A DNA stretch of 35,825 bases, taken from NCBI GenBank assembly GCA_035389045.1, contig DAOORA010000045.1, positions 1 through 35,825 of the forward strand, given 5' to 3'. The position numbers and the translations under genes are program-made. The notes under the pieces were generated by a model. That model searched no databases. It saw only the letters and a list, made by a program, of their open reading frames with translations, and was not told the DNA's origin. Below, piece by piece: positions 1 through 10,455 of the stretch. Each line of letters begins with the position of its first letter. The stretch's first letter is position 1. This DNA comes from Bacteroidales bacterium (GTDB taxonomy: Bacteria; Bacteroidota; Bacteroidia; Bacteroidales; CAIWKO01).

Positions 1-238
1 GCTAAAAAATCCATCATAAATCTTATGTAACATAAAATCAAAACAGTTTCTAAATATGCAGTATAAATAATCTATAAACCCGATGAAAAAGTTTATAATC
101 ATCAGACACTACATATTAATTCTATAACTTTACCGTCAGAAAAACTAACCTAAATTATATAATAAATTTTAATATAACGATGACGGAAGTCCGGTTAGTT
201 AATCCGTTCCATTAGAAAAAAAGTTTAAAAGACAATTC

Positions 239-1045
239 ATGAACCTTGATAAATTACGCAACGATGTTTGTTCCATAGCAAGGACTGACATCTCATTTCT
301 TAAATCCGAAATAAAAAATATTTCACGGAATAACATTGAATTGAAATCCGAACACGATTTCGTCACTTATGTAGACAAAGCTTCGGAAAAATTCCTCATT
401 GAAGAACTTTCGGCGCTGTTTCCGGAAGCCGGCATAATTGCAGAGGAAGGTCACAAGCAGCAAAACAAAAACCGGTATAACTGGATCATTGACCCGCTGG
501 ACGGCACGACCAACTACATACATGGGCTGGCTCCCTATGCGGTGAGTATTGCTCTTACAGAATATGACAAAGAAATTCTCGGCGTGGTTTACGAAGCCGG
601 CCTGGACGAATGTTTCAGCGCCCATATCAACAGCAACGCCTTTCTGAACAAGGAGGTTATCAAAGTTTCAGGAACAGCTGCACTCAGTGATTCGTTTGTT
701 GCGACAGGTTTTCCGTGCAATGACTATTCAAAGCTGCGTGAATACATTGAACTTCTGAAAGCTATAATGTTCGACACCCATGGGGTACGCCGCCTGGGCT
801 CAGCTGCCACCGATATTGTCTATGTGGCCTGCGGCCGTTTCGATCTTTTTTATGAATACAGTCTGTACAGCTGGGATGTTGCCGCAGGTTCGCTGATTGT
901 AAAACAGGCTGGTGGAAAAGTCACTGATTTCAGCGGAAACAATAATTACCTGTTCGGTAAAGAAATAATAACTTCAAACAGTAATATCCATAAGGAGTTT
1001 GTTGAATTGTTACAAAAATACTTCAATGATAAACCACAGGATTAA
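239..1045 (+). CDS. suhB: Inositol monophosphatase family protein
   Basis: Motifs [28 protein letters not shown] and WDVAAG. Confidence 0.92.
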   Translation: MNLDKLRNDVCSIARTDISFLKSEIKNISRNNIELKSEHDFVTYVDKASEKFLIEELSALFPEAGIIAEEGHKQQNKNRYNWIIDPLDGTTNYIHGLAPYAVSIALTEYDKEILGVVYEAGLDECFSAHINSNAFLNKEVIKVSGTAALSDSFVATGFPCNDYSKLREYIELLKAIMFDTHGVRRLGSAATDIVYVACGRFDLFYEYSLYSWDVAAGSLIVKQAGGKVTDFSGNNNYLFGKEIITSNSNIHKEFVELLQKYFNDKPQD

Positions 1046-1571
1046 ACTTATTAAAGGCGACATCACCACCCTTCGTACGGATGCCATAGTCAATGCGGCA
1101 AACACCACGTTGCTTGGGGGTGGCGGCGTGGACGGCGCCATACATGCTGCTGCCGGACATGAATTACTTAAAGAATGTGAAACGCTGAACGGATGCCGCA
1201 CCGGCGAAGCCAAAATCACCAAAGGGTATAAACTGCCTGCCCGGCATGTCATTCATACAGTAGGCCCGGTCTGGCATGGCGGCAACTATAACGAAGATGA
1301 ATTGCTGGCTGCCTGTTACCGTAACTCCCTCGTGCTGGCCGTCAGAAGCAATATCCGGACGATAGCTTTTCCGAATATCAGTACGGGTGTGTATCATTTT
1401 CCAATGCCAAGAGCAGCAAAGATTGCCATAAACGAAGTCCTCGGTTTTCTGAAAACCGATGAAAGGCTGGAACAGGTTATTTTTGTCTGTTTCGGTAACG
1501 AGAATTTCAACCTGTATTCCAGGCTGCTGGAAGAAGCCGGCATTGATTTACAGGAAGGCCAAAGCACCTGA
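1026..1571 (+). CDS. Macrodomain protein, O-acetyl-ADP-ribose deacetylase (YmdB-like)
   Basis: [41 protein letters not shown] at 1026 preferred over the upstream TTG at 999; overlaps the end of suhB. Confidence 0.93.
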   Translation: MINHRIKLIKGDITTLRTDAIVNAANTTLLGGGGVDGAIHAAAGHELLKECETLNGCRTGEAKITKGYKLPARHVIHTVGPVWHGGNYNEDELLAACYRNSLVLAVRSNIRTIAFPNISTGVYHFPMPRAAKIAINEVLGFLKTDERLEQVIFVCFGNENFNLYSRLLEEAGIDLQEGQST

Positions 1572-1573
1572 AT

Positions 1574-2059
1574 CTAATATTCAGTTTTATTACCGTTCAG
1601 GCTCCACTTCTCAAAGGGTTTGTTATATTCTTCATGAGTAACATGAATAAAGGGTATGGAGCGGTTTTCATGTGCCAGGGGTATCTGCTCGTAAATAAAT
1701 GAATCATCAAATCCTGCGGCGCTGGCTTCACGTTTGGAGGCCGCGTAAAAAACCCGTGCAGGCCTTGCCCAGTATATAGCGCCAAGGCACATCGGGCATG
1801 GTTCACAGCTGGTATAGAGGTCACAGTCCGAAAGCTGGAATGTTTCTTTATTCTTACATGCATCGCGTATGGCAACCACCTCGGCATGTGCCGTAGGGTC
1901 GTTGGTAGAGGTAACCCTGTTGGTTCCTTTGCCGATGATCTTACCGTTGCAGACCACCAGCGCTGCAAAAGGCCCACCCTCGACCGACGACGCATTTTCG
2001 GCAGCCAGGTCCAGCACCATACTTATAAATTTGTGGTGCAAATCAGAATTTTCTTTCAT
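1574..2059 (-). CDS. guaD: Nucleoside/guanine deaminase (cytidine deaminase superfamily, B. subtilis GuaD-like)
   Basis: GGPF, DPTAHAE, SCEPCPMC Zn-binding motifs and GFDD. Start overlaps the lon stop (ATGA, 2056-2059). Confidence 0.85.
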   Translation of the reverse strand: MKENSDLHHKFISMVLDLAAENASSVEGGPFAALVVCNGKIIGKGTNRVTSTNDPTAHAEVVAIRDACKNKETFQLSDCDLYTSCEPCPMCLGAIYWARPARVFYAASKREASAAGFDDSFIYEQIPLAHENRSIPFIHVTHEEYNKPFEKWSLNGNKTEY

Positions 2060-4515
2060 TTATTTATTTGTAATGGTTTTTTTACTTTTTCCTTCGACAG
2101 TGCCATATCAATGATCTCAATCATTTCTGAAACATAATGAAACGACAGGCCGTCAATATATTTTTTGTTTATTTCTTCAATATCCTTTTTATTCTCTTCC
2201 GAGATGATGATTTCCGTGATGTTTGCTCTTTTTGCGGCAAGTATTTTTTCTTTTATGCCGCCAACTGGAAGCACTTTTCCCCGTAGTGTGATTTCGCCGG
2301 TCATGGCAATGTTTTTATTGGGTTTACGTTGTGTAAATGCCGAAGCGAGGGCAGTGAACATGGTCACGCCGGCCGAAGGTCCGTCCTTTGGGGTAGCCCC
2401 TTCAGGAACGTGGATATGAACATTCCAGTTTTCAAAAACATCGCTGTTGATCTCAAGTATTTCCGAATGGGCTTTGAGGTATTCATAGGCAATGGTGGCC
2501 GACTCCTTCATCACATCGCCAAGGTTCCCTGTGAGTGTGAGATTACCCTTGCCCCTGCTGAGGCTCACTTCAATAAAGAGTATTTCACCGCCGACAGCAG
2601 TCCAGGCCAGCCCGGTGATCACACCGGCAATATCATGAGGAATATCCTTATCCTTCTGATACAATGGAGTGCCAAGTATTTTCAACAGTTCAACCTGCTG
2701 AATGGTTTTATTGTATTTTTCGTCCATGGCGATGTCTTTCACTCTGTTGCGGATGATCTTGGCTATGGTCCGCTCAAGGGTACGCACCCCCGATTCGCGG
2801 GTATAATCATCAATGATCTTCTCAAGGATTTTGTTGCTGAAGACGATCTGTTTGTCCTGCAGCCCGTGTTCTTTGAGCTGCTTGGGGATAAGATGCCGCT
2901 GGGCGATCTCGGTCTTTTCCTCAAGGAGGTAGCCGCTCAGGTCAATGATCTCCATACGGTCGCGCAAGGCCGGATAAATGGTAGAAAGATTATTTGCAGT
3001 GGCAATGAACATCACCCTGGACAAATCGAAATCAACTTCGAGGAAATTGTCATAGAAACTGGTGTTCTGCTCGGGGTCGAGCACTTCGAGCAAGGCTGCC
3101 TGCGGGTCGCCACTGACATTATTTCCGCTTACTTTGTCAATTTCATCAAGTACAAATACCGGGTTTGCCGATTTTATTTTTTTTAGGTTCTGAATGATAC
3201 GGCCGGGCATAGCGCCTATATATGTTTTGCGATGTCCCCTCAGTTCGGCCTCATCCCGCAACCCTCCCAGCGACATGCGCACATATCGGCGTTCCAAAGC
3301 TCTGGCAATAGACTTTCCCAGGGAGGTTTTTCCTACGCCCGGAGGGCCTATCAGGCACAAAATGGGAGATTTCATGTCGCCCTTGACCTTCAGCACAGCC
3401 AGGTATTCTATGATCCTTTCTTTGATTTTTTCCAGCCCGAAATGATCTTCATCCAGAATGCGCTGGGCATTCTTCAGATCAAAATTATCCTGGGTAAACT
3501 CATTCCAGGGCAGGTCAACAATAGTTTCGAGGTAGTTGGTCTGAACCGAATATTCTGCTGCATGTGGATTCATCCGCTGAAACTTCTGCAGCTCCCGCGT
3601 AAACAGCTGGGCTATTTCTTCGGGCCATTTTTTTCCGGCTGCTTTTTCTTTCAATTCAGTGACAAGTTGTTCCTGCGGATTATCACCCAGTTCCTGCTGA
3701 ATCTGCTTGATCTGCTGTTGTAACAGGAAATCCCGCTGTTGCTTGTCCAGATCGGTTTTGACTTTATTCTGAATCTGGTTCTTCAGTTCAATCATCTGAA
3801 GCTCTTTGACCAGAAAATTCATCACGAGGTTGGCACGATCGCCCAAGTCAGGATTTTCAAGCAGACGTTGTTTTTCCGAAATATCGATGTTCAGGTTTGA
3901 AGATATGAAATTAACAAGAAAAGACGGACTTTCGATGTTTTTTATGGCAAACGCCGCATCGGACGGGATATTGGGTGATTGCTTGGCAATCTGTATCGAA
4001 AAATCCTTCAGTGATGAAATCAGCGCCTGGAATTTTTTGTCTTTCTTCACCGGCTCGCTGTAAACAAACTCGCCCACATGAGCTGTAAAATATGGTTCGG
4101 TAGCCACAATGCCGAGCAACGAAAAACGCTTTTTACCCTGAATGATTACGGTGGTGCTTCCATCGGGCATATGCAGGGTTTTTAATATTATGGCCACGGT
4201 GCCGACTTTGTACAGATCGTTAAATACAGGGTCTTCAATATTGGCGTCAATCTGCGATACCACACCGATATTCTGTTTAGCCTTGTAGGCCTCCTTGATC
4301 AGCCGGATGGACTTATCACGCCCGACCGTTATGGGGATCACCACCCCCGGAAACAATACCGTATTCCGTAAAGGCAATATGGGCAAGGCATCGGGAAGCA
4401 ACTCTGAATTCATCGCTTCTTCCTCCTCTGAGGTAAATAAAGGAATGAATTCTGTTTCGCCATCGGCAAGACTCAATAATCTCAGTTTTTTTTCAAGTTC
4501 AGTAGAAAATTCCAT
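2056..4515 (-). CDS. lon: ATP-dependent Lon protease
   Basis: [12 protein letters not shown]-domain, Walker [14 protein letters not shown], catalytic [14 protein letters not shown]. Confidence 0.98.
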   Translation of the reverse strand: MEFSTELEKKLRLLSLADGETEFIPLFTSEEEEAMNSELLPDALPILPLRNTVLFPGVVIPITVGRDKSIRLIKEAYKAKQNIGVVSQIDANIEDPVFNDLYKVGTVAIILKTLHMPDGSTTVIIQGKKRFSLLGIVATEPYFTAHVGEFVYSEPVKKDKKFQALISSLKDFSIQIAKQSPNIPSDAAFAIKNIESPSFLVNFISSNLNIDISEKQRLLENPDLGDRANLVMNFLVKELQMIELKNQIQNKVKTDLDKQQRDFLLQQQIKQIQQELGDNPQEQLVTELKEKAAGKKWPEEIAQLFTRELQKFQRMNPHAAEYSVQTNYLETIVDLPWNEFTQDNFDLKNAQRILDEDHFGLEKIKERIIEYLAVLKVKGDMKSPILCLIGPPGVGKTSLGKSIARALERRYVRMSLGGLRDEAELRGHRKTYIGAMPGRIIQNLKKIKSANPVFVLDEIDKVSGNNVSGDPQAALLEVLDPEQNTSFYDNFLEVDFDLSRVMFIATANNLSTIYPALRDRMEIIDLSGYLLEEKTEIAQRHLIPKQLKEHGLQDKQIVFSNKILEKIIDDYTRESGVRTLERTIAKIIRNRVKDIAMDEKYNKTIQQVELLKILGTPLYQKDKDIPHDIAGVITGLAWTAVGGEILFIEVSLSRGKGNLTLTGNLGDVMKESATIAYEYLKAHSEILEINSDVFENWNVHIHVPEGATPKDGPSAGVTMFTALASAFTQRKPNKNIAMTGEITLRGKVLPVGGIKEKILAAKRANITEIIISEENKKDIEEINKKYIDGLSFHYVSEMIEIIDMALSKEKVKKPLQINK

Positions 4516-4668
4516 AGAAATCCAATTATGACAATATGTCAGTTTGTCTGATAGTTTATTTGCTTTTTTTAATTAAAGATCAAGAATATTAAAAGAAATC
4601 TGTTCAAAGTAACGTTTACAGTCAATTTAAATGCCAGATTTTACGTAAACGTTATTTCGGAACAAAAG

Positions 4669-5907
4669 TTACTTTATGAACTTAACTTTTTTGCGATAGG
4701 AGAACGTAAGATTAAAAACACTTTTTAAAATATCCTCGTCAACTTTAGTAAATTCGAGTCCCCTGCGCTGGTAAACATTTTTTGCAACTTCCATCGCCTT
4801 GACTACGTCATAGGTGGTGTATCCTGATGTTGAGCTGCCCCAGCTGAACGACGGAATAAAATTACGCTGGAAGCCATGGCCGAAGATGTTGGCGTTGACC
4901 CCTATCACCGTGCCCGTGTTGAACATGGTATTTATTCCGCATTTGGAATGATCGCCCATGATAAGTCCGCAAAACTGCAGGTTGGAAGAAATAAACTTTT
5001 CCTGGGCATAGTTCCACATTTTCACATCGTCATACGTGTTTTTCAGGTTGGAATTATTTGAATCGGCGCCCATGTTACACCATTCGCCGATCACGGAATT
5101 CCCGATAAATCCGTCATGTGCCTTGTTGGAATATCCGAAAATCACGGTGTTGGTAAGCTCTCCTCCCACTTTTGAATATGGTCCGATGGTTGTCGGGCCA
5201 TATATTTTTGCACCCATTTTAAGCGCGGCATGTTCGCAAAGCGCAAACGGCCCGCGTATCAGGGCGCCTTCCATCACTTCGGCATCTTTACCGATATAGA
5301 CAGGTCCTGCAGAGGCATTGATCATAGCACATTCGACCGTGGCGCCTTCTTCTATAAAAATATGTTCCTGGCCGATAAGTTTGTTAGAACTACTTATGGC
5401 TGCCGTTTTTCGTCCTTTGGTGATCAACTGGTAATCGGCTTTCAACGCTTCACCGTTATGGGTAAAAATATCCCATGGGTAAAAAATCTTCAGGTGCGGC
5501 ACATTACATTCTATTTCGTTCAGTCCTTCCATATCTAAACGGTCAGAATCTTCCACCAGGGCGCTGTCAATAGTTTCGTTACCTACCAGATCTTTTTCAT
5601 TAATATTAAATGCAATTATGTAATCGTTACCTACCAGTGCCTGGTCGGGTTTCAAGCGGTTTATCTCTTTCACCAGCGCCGCACTGGGAAGTACAGAACC
5701 ATTGATGAGAATATTGTTCTTCCCCTTGATAACCGGATATTTTGTACTAAGATATTTTTCCGTCAGTGTGGATGTTTTAGCTTTCAGATATTTCTCCCAT
5801 TTTTCACGAATCGTGAGAATGCCTATCCGGATATCTGCAACAGGCCTTGTCAAGGTCAATGGGAACAGATCCAACCGTGACGAATCATCAAAAAGTATAT
5901 AATTCAT
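4669..5907 (-). CDS. Bacteroidota GlmU-like putative sugar nucleotidyl/acyltransferase with left-handed beta-helix repeats
   Basis: PLTLTRPVADIRIGILTIREKW N-terminus and hexapeptide repeats, NKAHDGFIGNS. Start placed at MNYILFDD (5907). Confidence 0.8.
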   Translation of the reverse strand: MNYILFDDSSRLDLFPLTLTRPVADIRIGILTIREKWEKYLKAKTSTLTEKYLSTKYPVIKGKNNILINGSVLPSAALVKEINRLKPDQALVGNDYIIAFNINEKDLVGNETIDSALVEDSDRLDMEGLNEIECNVPHLKIFYPWDIFTHNGEALKADYQLITKGRKTAAISSSNKLIGQEHIFIEEGATVECAMINASAGPVYIGKDAEVMEGALIRGPFALCEHAALKMGAKIYGPTTIGPYSKVGGELTNTVIFGYSNKAHDGFIGNSVIGEWCNMGADSNNSNLKNTYDDVKMWNYAQEKFISSNLQFCGLIMGDHSKCGINTMFNTGTVIGVNANIFGHGFQRNFIPSFSWGSSTSGYTTYDVVKAMEVAKNVYQRRGLEFTKVDEDILKSVFNLTFSYRKKVKFIK

Positions 5908-6036
5908 GATAATAATGTTTAAGCACAATATTAGCAAATTATCCTCATATTAATTATGAATTCAAAAAAAAAATTCAAAAAATATAAACAATAATCCCTT
6001 ATTGCCTGTCAAATCGGAATCAACAGGCGCTGAAAC

Positions 6037-6065
6037 AAAAAACCCCGCTGTAACACGGGGTTTTT
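6037..6065 (-). terminator. Intrinsic terminator downstream of rpmE2
   Basis: AAAAACCCCG-ctgtaaca-CGGGGTTTTT hairpin with A/T tails immediately after the stop codon. Confidence 0.8.
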
Positions 6066-6068
6066 ATT

Positions 6069-6368
6069 CTATTCTTCAGTTTTCTGAGGTTCCTGTGTCT
6101 GAGGTTCCTCCTTTTTTTCATAGTGTTTTTTATAACGATTGCGGAATTTATCAACACGTCCTGCGGTATCAACAAATTTCATTTTACCTGTATAAAAAGG
6201 ATGGGACGTATGAGATATCTCAAGTTTTACCAACGGATACTCCTTGCCATCTTCCCATACAACGGTTTCTTTGGTCTGTGCCGTCGAACGTGTTATAAAT
6301 GAATAATCATTCGACATGTCTTTAAAAACCACTAAACGATAATCTTTCGGGTGAATGCCTTTCTTCAT
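6069..6368 (-). CDS. rpmE2: 50S ribosomal protein L31 type B (Zn-free)
   Basis: [17 protein letters not shown]...SHPFYTGK...DTAGRVDKF; no CxxC pairs; short acidic C-terminal extension. Confidence 0.96.
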   Translation of the reverse strand: MKKGIHPKDYRLVVFKDMSNDYSFITRSTAQTKETVVWEDGKEYPLVKLEISHTSHPFYTGKMKFVDTAGRVDKFRNRYKKHYEKKEEPQTQEPQKTEE

Positions 6369-6391
6369 GACTTTTTTTTTAAATCAGGTTG

Positions 6392-6399
6392 CAAAATTA
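6392..6399 (-). promoter_or_regulatory. Bacteroidota -7 promoter element (TAATTTTG) for rpmE2
   Basis: Matches TAnnTTTG about 25 bp upstream of the start. Confidence 0.65.
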
Positions 6400-6499
6400 C
6401 ACTACTTTGAGTAATAAACAAGACTTTTGTGATTTTTTTTTATAAATTCTAATAAAATTTATATTTTTGTATTTATTTTACTTTATGTTAATCAGTTTT

Positions 6500-7573
6500 T
6501 TATAATTTTAATAAAAATTTCATAGTGTCGATATTATCAGCATAATCAAATAACTCGGGATGCTGAGCCTTGCCAAAACCGACCATGTCTGGAATTGAGG
6601 GCGTCGCTCCTACCACACATTGTATATCAACAGCATGTTCATTAATAAAGTTCTCCACTGTACCAATATCAGAATACTTCTCATAATTAATCACCGAAAC
6701 CGGAGAATACAACGACTTTTCTTCCAGAAGGATAAAAAAACCTCCATCTGTTATAATTCGGTTGTCGAGCAAAAAAATGGCTTTGTAATAGTCGTAATTA
6801 TTTTTGTATTTGTTGTTGTCAGCAATCCATGCGTAGGGCTGCATAAGGTTTATGAATTTTCCGATATTGCAGGATGTGTGAAAGAAGATTTTGGAAATAT
6901 TCCGGCAACCCAGGCCAAAATAGCTGAATATATCCTCAGCCAGCCGTTTTAATTGTTCGTCGGTTTCATCGCCGGTCAATACAGCAATGCTGTTGCGGTT
7001 CTTCCGTATGATATGCGGGTATTTGCCGAAGTAATATTCAAAATATCTTGAGGTATTGTTGCTTCCGGTAGCTATCACGACATCGAAACCGGGTAATGTT
7101 TCACGGGTGAAATGTATCAATTGCCTGTATCTCGGATCTGTTTCAAACAGAATTTCAGCAATAGCCGGCAGGAGAAACTGGTCCTGCTGTGATAGTTTTC
7201 CAATAAAAATATTTCCGCTGAACAGCACACAAAGGAAATCATGAAATCCGACAAGCGGGATATTTCCTGCCATTACGACAGCAACCCTGGCCGGATTTCT
7301 ATTTGTTTCGAGCTGAGATTTATAAAAACAGACCCATTTTTCAAGTTTTTCTTTTTCAAGCATCGTGGAAAGTGCTTTCAGCGCCGACAAAATATTTTGT
7401 TCGGTAAAAAATCCATTGTGTATCATGCTTTTCCCGGCGGCATCCTTTAAAACAATCATTACATGATCATCCGCAGCAGGTCTTTTATAAACAAAATCAG
7501 CCAGGTAAGCGGAGATTTTACAAAAATTTTGAATATGCTCATCAGTATTTATTAATTCAGCCGTATCCGTCAT
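6500..7573 (-). CDS. Acyl-CoA reductase (LuxC-like), Bacteroidota type
   Basis: VMAGNIPLVGFHD, VIATGSNN, YFGLGCRN (catalytic Cys), DYADNIDT. Confidence 0.88.
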   Translation of the reverse strand: MTDTAELINTDEHIQNFCKISAYLADFVYKRPAADDHVMIVLKDAAGKSMIHNGFFTEQNILSALKALSTMLEKEKLEKWVCFYKSQLETNRNPARVAVVMAGNIPLVGFHDFLCVLFSGNIFIGKLSQQDQFLLPAIAEILFETDPRYRQLIHFTRETLPGFDVVIATGSNNTSRYFEYYFGKYPHIIRKNRNSIAVLTGDETDEQLKRLAEDIFSYFGLGCRNISKIFFHTSCNIGKFINLMQPYAWIADNNKYKNNYDYYKAIFLLDNRIITDGGFFILLEEKSLYSPVSVINYEKYSDIGTVENFINEHAVDIQCVVGATPSIPDMVGFGKAQHPELFDYADNIDTMKFLLKL

Positions 7574-7579
7574 TTTTTA

Positions 7580-7596
7580 TATTTTTGTCAAAAGTA
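7580..7596. promoter_or_regulatory. Closely spaced divergent -7 promoter elements
   Basis: TATTTTTG on + at 7580-7587 and TACTTTTG on - at 7589-7596, between divergent genes. Confidence 0.45.
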
Positions 7597-7663
7597 AGGG
7601 AATTTTGCCATGCAAAATAAAGGCGGGCAGAATTTCGTTAAACATAAAATCCTTTTAACGCTG

Positions 7664-8680
7664 ATGCTGCAACGTTTTTTTGTTATTATTTCACTGATTG
7701 TCATATTTCCGTGTATTACCCTCTCACAGAAAAATGATGTACGACTGGATTCTCTTAAAGTGTATACAGGCATCATCGCCAGCGAAACGGCTGACTTCAG
7801 TAAATATGCCGCCAATGAACGGCTGCAGGGCCTTCTTGAAAAAATTTTTATGTCGGAGAAGCCCTTTGACTTTCCTTATGATTCGGTACCTAAATATTCG
7901 GCGCTCACTGCTCCCGATAAGAAATTCAAAATCCTGACCTGGGGCATTGCAAAAGAAAACGGCTCTTATGAATATTTTGGCTATATACTCTTTCCTGATA
8001 ATACGACCTTCAAAAAAAGGTATATTAAATTGTTTGATAATACGGACAAAATTGTCTATCCCGAAAATGAAATCAATGACTTCAGTAAATGGTACGGCGC
8101 AATTTATTATAAAGTCATACTTAGCGTATACCATGGTAAAAGAAACTACACTTTATTGGGATGGAAAGGCAATAATGAACTGACCACTAAAAAAGTCATT
8201 GAAGTACTGAGTTTCAGAACAAACGGGACACCGGTTTTCGGAAAACAATTCTTCAGAAAATACAAAGACAAAGAGAAAATTGTACGTGTTATTTTTGAAT
8301 ATTCATCGCGTTCGGCCATGCTGTTGCGTTATGATGAGCAAATGATACACGAAATAATCCGTCCGGCAAAAACGGTCAAATCGAAATACAAATCAAAAGA
8401 CAAAAAAAGCAACAAAGCACTGAGTCCGGATAAAAAAGTGGAAGCAAAGACCCGAACCACCAGAGCCAATATGATCGTTTTTGACCGCCTCTCACCGCTT
8501 GATCCCCGTACTTCGAAATATGCTGCCGACCTAGAAGGCCAGTATCAGTTTTATGTCCCCGAATCCAATGTTTTTGACGCTTTTATTTTCGAGGACGGAA
8601 AATGGCGGTTTATCAAAGATGTGGATGCCCGGAACCCCAAACCGCAAAATAAGAAAAAATTCGCCCCTCCTCAGTTGTAA
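7664..8680 (+). CDS. Hypothetical exported protein
   Basis: Long ORF with a signal-peptide-like N-terminus (MLQRFFVIISLIVIFPCITLSQ) and a Lys-rich insert; start could be 7610. Confidence 0.75.
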   Translation: MLQRFFVIISLIVIFPCITLSQKNDVRLDSLKVYTGIIASETADFSKYAANERLQGLLEKIFMSEKPFDFPYDSVPKYSALTAPDKKFKILTWGIAKENGSYEYFGYILFPDNTTFKKRYIKLFDNTDKIVYPENEINDFSKWYGAIYYKVILSVYHGKRNYTLLGWKGNNELTTKKVIEVLSFRTNGTPVFGKQFFRKYKDKEKIVRVIFEYSSRSAMLLRYDEQMIHEIIRPAKTVKSKYKSKDKKSNKALSPDKKVEAKTRTTRANMIVFDRLSPLDPRTSKYAADLEGQYQFYVPESNVFDAFIFEDGKWRFIKDVDARNPKPQNKKKFAPPQL

Positions 8681-8742
8681 TTTTTGAATCATAAAAAGTT
8701 AAATTTTCACGGGGTTTCTTTTTTTTATTTCATTAAAAAATT

Positions 8743-8750
8743 TATATTTG
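8743..8750 (+). promoter_or_regulatory. Bacteroidota -7 promoter element (TATATTTG) for the serC operon
   Basis: TAnnTTTG consensus about 45 bp upstream of serC. Confidence 0.65.
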
Positions 8751-8793
8751 CAAAAAATAAAAATTATTAACATTTCTAAACCTATATATAGCT

Positions 8794-9867
8794 ATGAAAA
8801 AAGTACACAATTTTAACGCTGGTCCCTCTATCCTGCCACGGATAGCCATTGAAAACACTGCAAATGCGGTTCTTGATCTTAACGGAACAGGCATGTCAAT
8901 CCTTGAAATTTCGCACCGGAGCAAGGATTTTCAGGCCATCATTGATGAAGCGGTAGCGCTTTTCAAAGAACAACTGGGAATCCCTGAAGGATACCAAGTT
9001 TTGTTTTTAGGTGGCGGCGCCAGCATGCAGTTCTGCATGGTGCCCTTCAACCTTTTCGAAAAGAAAGCCGCTTACCTCGAAACCGGAGTATGGGCGAAAA
9101 AAGCTATCAAAGAAGCTAAACTTTTTGGTGAAGTGCAGATCGTTGCTTCATCGGCCGATAAAAACTTCACTTACATTCCCAAAGGATGGGAAATTCCAAA
9201 AGATGTTGATTATATGCACATTACCACCAACAACACCATCTACGGTTCTGAGATCAGGTACGATATGGACAGCCCTGTACCTTTGGTGGCCGATATGTCT
9301 TCAGATATTTTCAGCCGTCCGGTGGATGTTTCAAAATATGCACTGATCTATGGCGGTGCTCAGAAGAACCTCGGGCCGGCAGGCGTCACTTTCGTGGTGG
9401 TTCGCGAAGATGTTTTAGGAAAAGTCAGCCGTACCATTCCTTCGATGCTCGATTACAGAACCCATATCAAGGAGGGTTCCATGTTCAACACCCCACCGTG
9501 TCTGCCCATTTACACCATTATGGAAACGCTGCGCTGGCTGAAATCCCTGGGCGGTGTGAAAGTGATGGAAGAAATGAACAGGAAAAAAGCAGCTTTGTTA
9601 TATGATGCTATTGACAACAGTAAAATATTTGTAGGGACGGTTGAAAAGGATTCCCGTTCACTGATGAATATCTGTTTTGTCATGAAACCCGAATACCAGA
9701 ACCTGGAAGAAGAATTCATGAATTTTGCCAAATCACAGGGCATGGTCGGCATTAAAGGTCACCGTTCTGTTGGCGGATTCAGGGCTTCCTGCTACAATGC
9801 ATTGCCTATCGAAAGCGTTCAGGCACTGGTGGATTGTATGAAAGAATTTGAAGAACAGAAAGCATAA
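8794..9867 (+). CDS. serC: Phosphoserine aminotransferase
   Basis: [31 protein letters not shown] (PLP Lys), [15 protein letters not shown]. Confidence 0.98.
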   Translation: MKKVHNFNAGPSILPRIAIENTANAVLDLNGTGMSILEISHRSKDFQAIIDEAVALFKEQLGIPEGYQVLFLGGGASMQFCMVPFNLFEKKAAYLETGVWAKKAIKEAKLFGEVQIVASSADKNFTYIPKGWEIPKDVDYMHITTNNTIYGSEIRYDMDSPVPLVADMSSDIFSRPVDVSKYALIYGGAQKNLGPAGVTFVVVREDVLGKVSRTIPSMLDYRTHIKEGSMFNTPPCLPIYTIMETLRWLKSLGGVKVMEEMNRKKAALLYDAIDNSKIFVGTVEKDSRSLMNICFVMKPEYQNLEEEFMNFAKSQGMVGIKGHRSVGGFRASCYNALPIESVQALVDCMKEFEEQKA

Positions 9868-9870
9868 ATA

Positions 9871-10405
9871 AGTTAGGAGTTGAGAGTTGAGAGTTGGGAG
9901 TCAGGAGTTGGGAGTTAGGAGTCAGGAGTTGGGAGTTAGGAGTTAGGAGTTGGGAGTTGGGAGTTAGGAGTCAGGAGTTGGGAGTTGGGAGTTGGGAGTT
10001 GGGAGTTGGGAGTTGGGAGTTGGGAGTTGGGAGTTNNNNNNNNNNNNNNNNNNNNNNNNNNNNNNNNNNNNNNNNNNNNNNNNNNNNNNNNNNNNNNNNN
10101 NNNNNNNNNNNNNNNNNNNNNNNNNNNNNNNNNNNGGAGTTGGGAGTCAGGAGTTGGGAGTTAGGAGTTAGGAGTTAGGAGTTGGGAGTTAGGAGTCAGG
10201 AGTTGGGAGTTGGGAGTTAGGAGTTAGGAGTCAGGAGTTGGGAGTTGGGAGTTGGGAGTTGGGAGTTGGGAGTTGGGAGTTGGGAGTTGGGAGTCAGGAG
10301 TTGGGAGTTAGGAGTTAGGAGTTAGGAGTTGGGAGTTAGGAGTCAGGAGTTGGGAGTTGGGAGTTGGGAGTTAGGAGTTAGGAGTCAGGAGTTGGGAGTT
10401 GGGAG
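9871..10405 (+). repeat. G-rich heptamer tandem array (AGTTGGG / AGTTAGG / AGTCAGG / AGTTGAG), at least 60 units, interrupted by an assembly gap
   Basis: About 23 units before and about 38 units after the 100-N gap; strict 7-bp period. Confidence 0.98.
10036..10135. other. Assembly gap (100 N, probably a placeholder length)
   Basis: Run of N inside the tandem array. Confidence 1.
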
Positions 10406-10406
10406 G

Positions 10407-10424
10407 TCCCGATAGCTATCGGGA
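10407..10424. repeat. Perfect 18-bp palindrome TCCCGATAGCTATCGGGA (REP-like)
   Basis: Exactly self-complementary; heptamer-like GGGAGTTGGAG resumes right after it. Confidence 0.9.
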
Positions 10425-10455
10425 GGGAGTTGGAGACATGAATTGAAAAAAAGAT

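Noticed and set aside
1026..1571. Functional link between the macrodomain protein and the island deacetylase
   Set aside because: O-acetyl-ADP-ribose comes from sirtuins, not Zn-dependent HDACs. The genes are about 30 kb apart and in different compartments.
2329..3723. Long antisense ORFs opposite lon (similar ones at 12460-13068, 20491-21387 and 28119-28784)
   Set aside because: Shadow frames of well-supported genes with no recognisable motifs.
6500..7573. Bioluminescence (lux) operon
   Set aside because: Only a stand-alone LuxC-like reductase, common in Bacteroidota; no luxAB, luxD or luxE here.
9894..10178. 94-aa ORF of repeating ELGVRSW
   Set aside because: It is a translation of the heptamer array across an N gap, with no credible start; not a gene.
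9871..10405. Possible CRISPR array
   Set aside because: Units are contiguous 7-mers with no unique spacers, and there are no cas genes.
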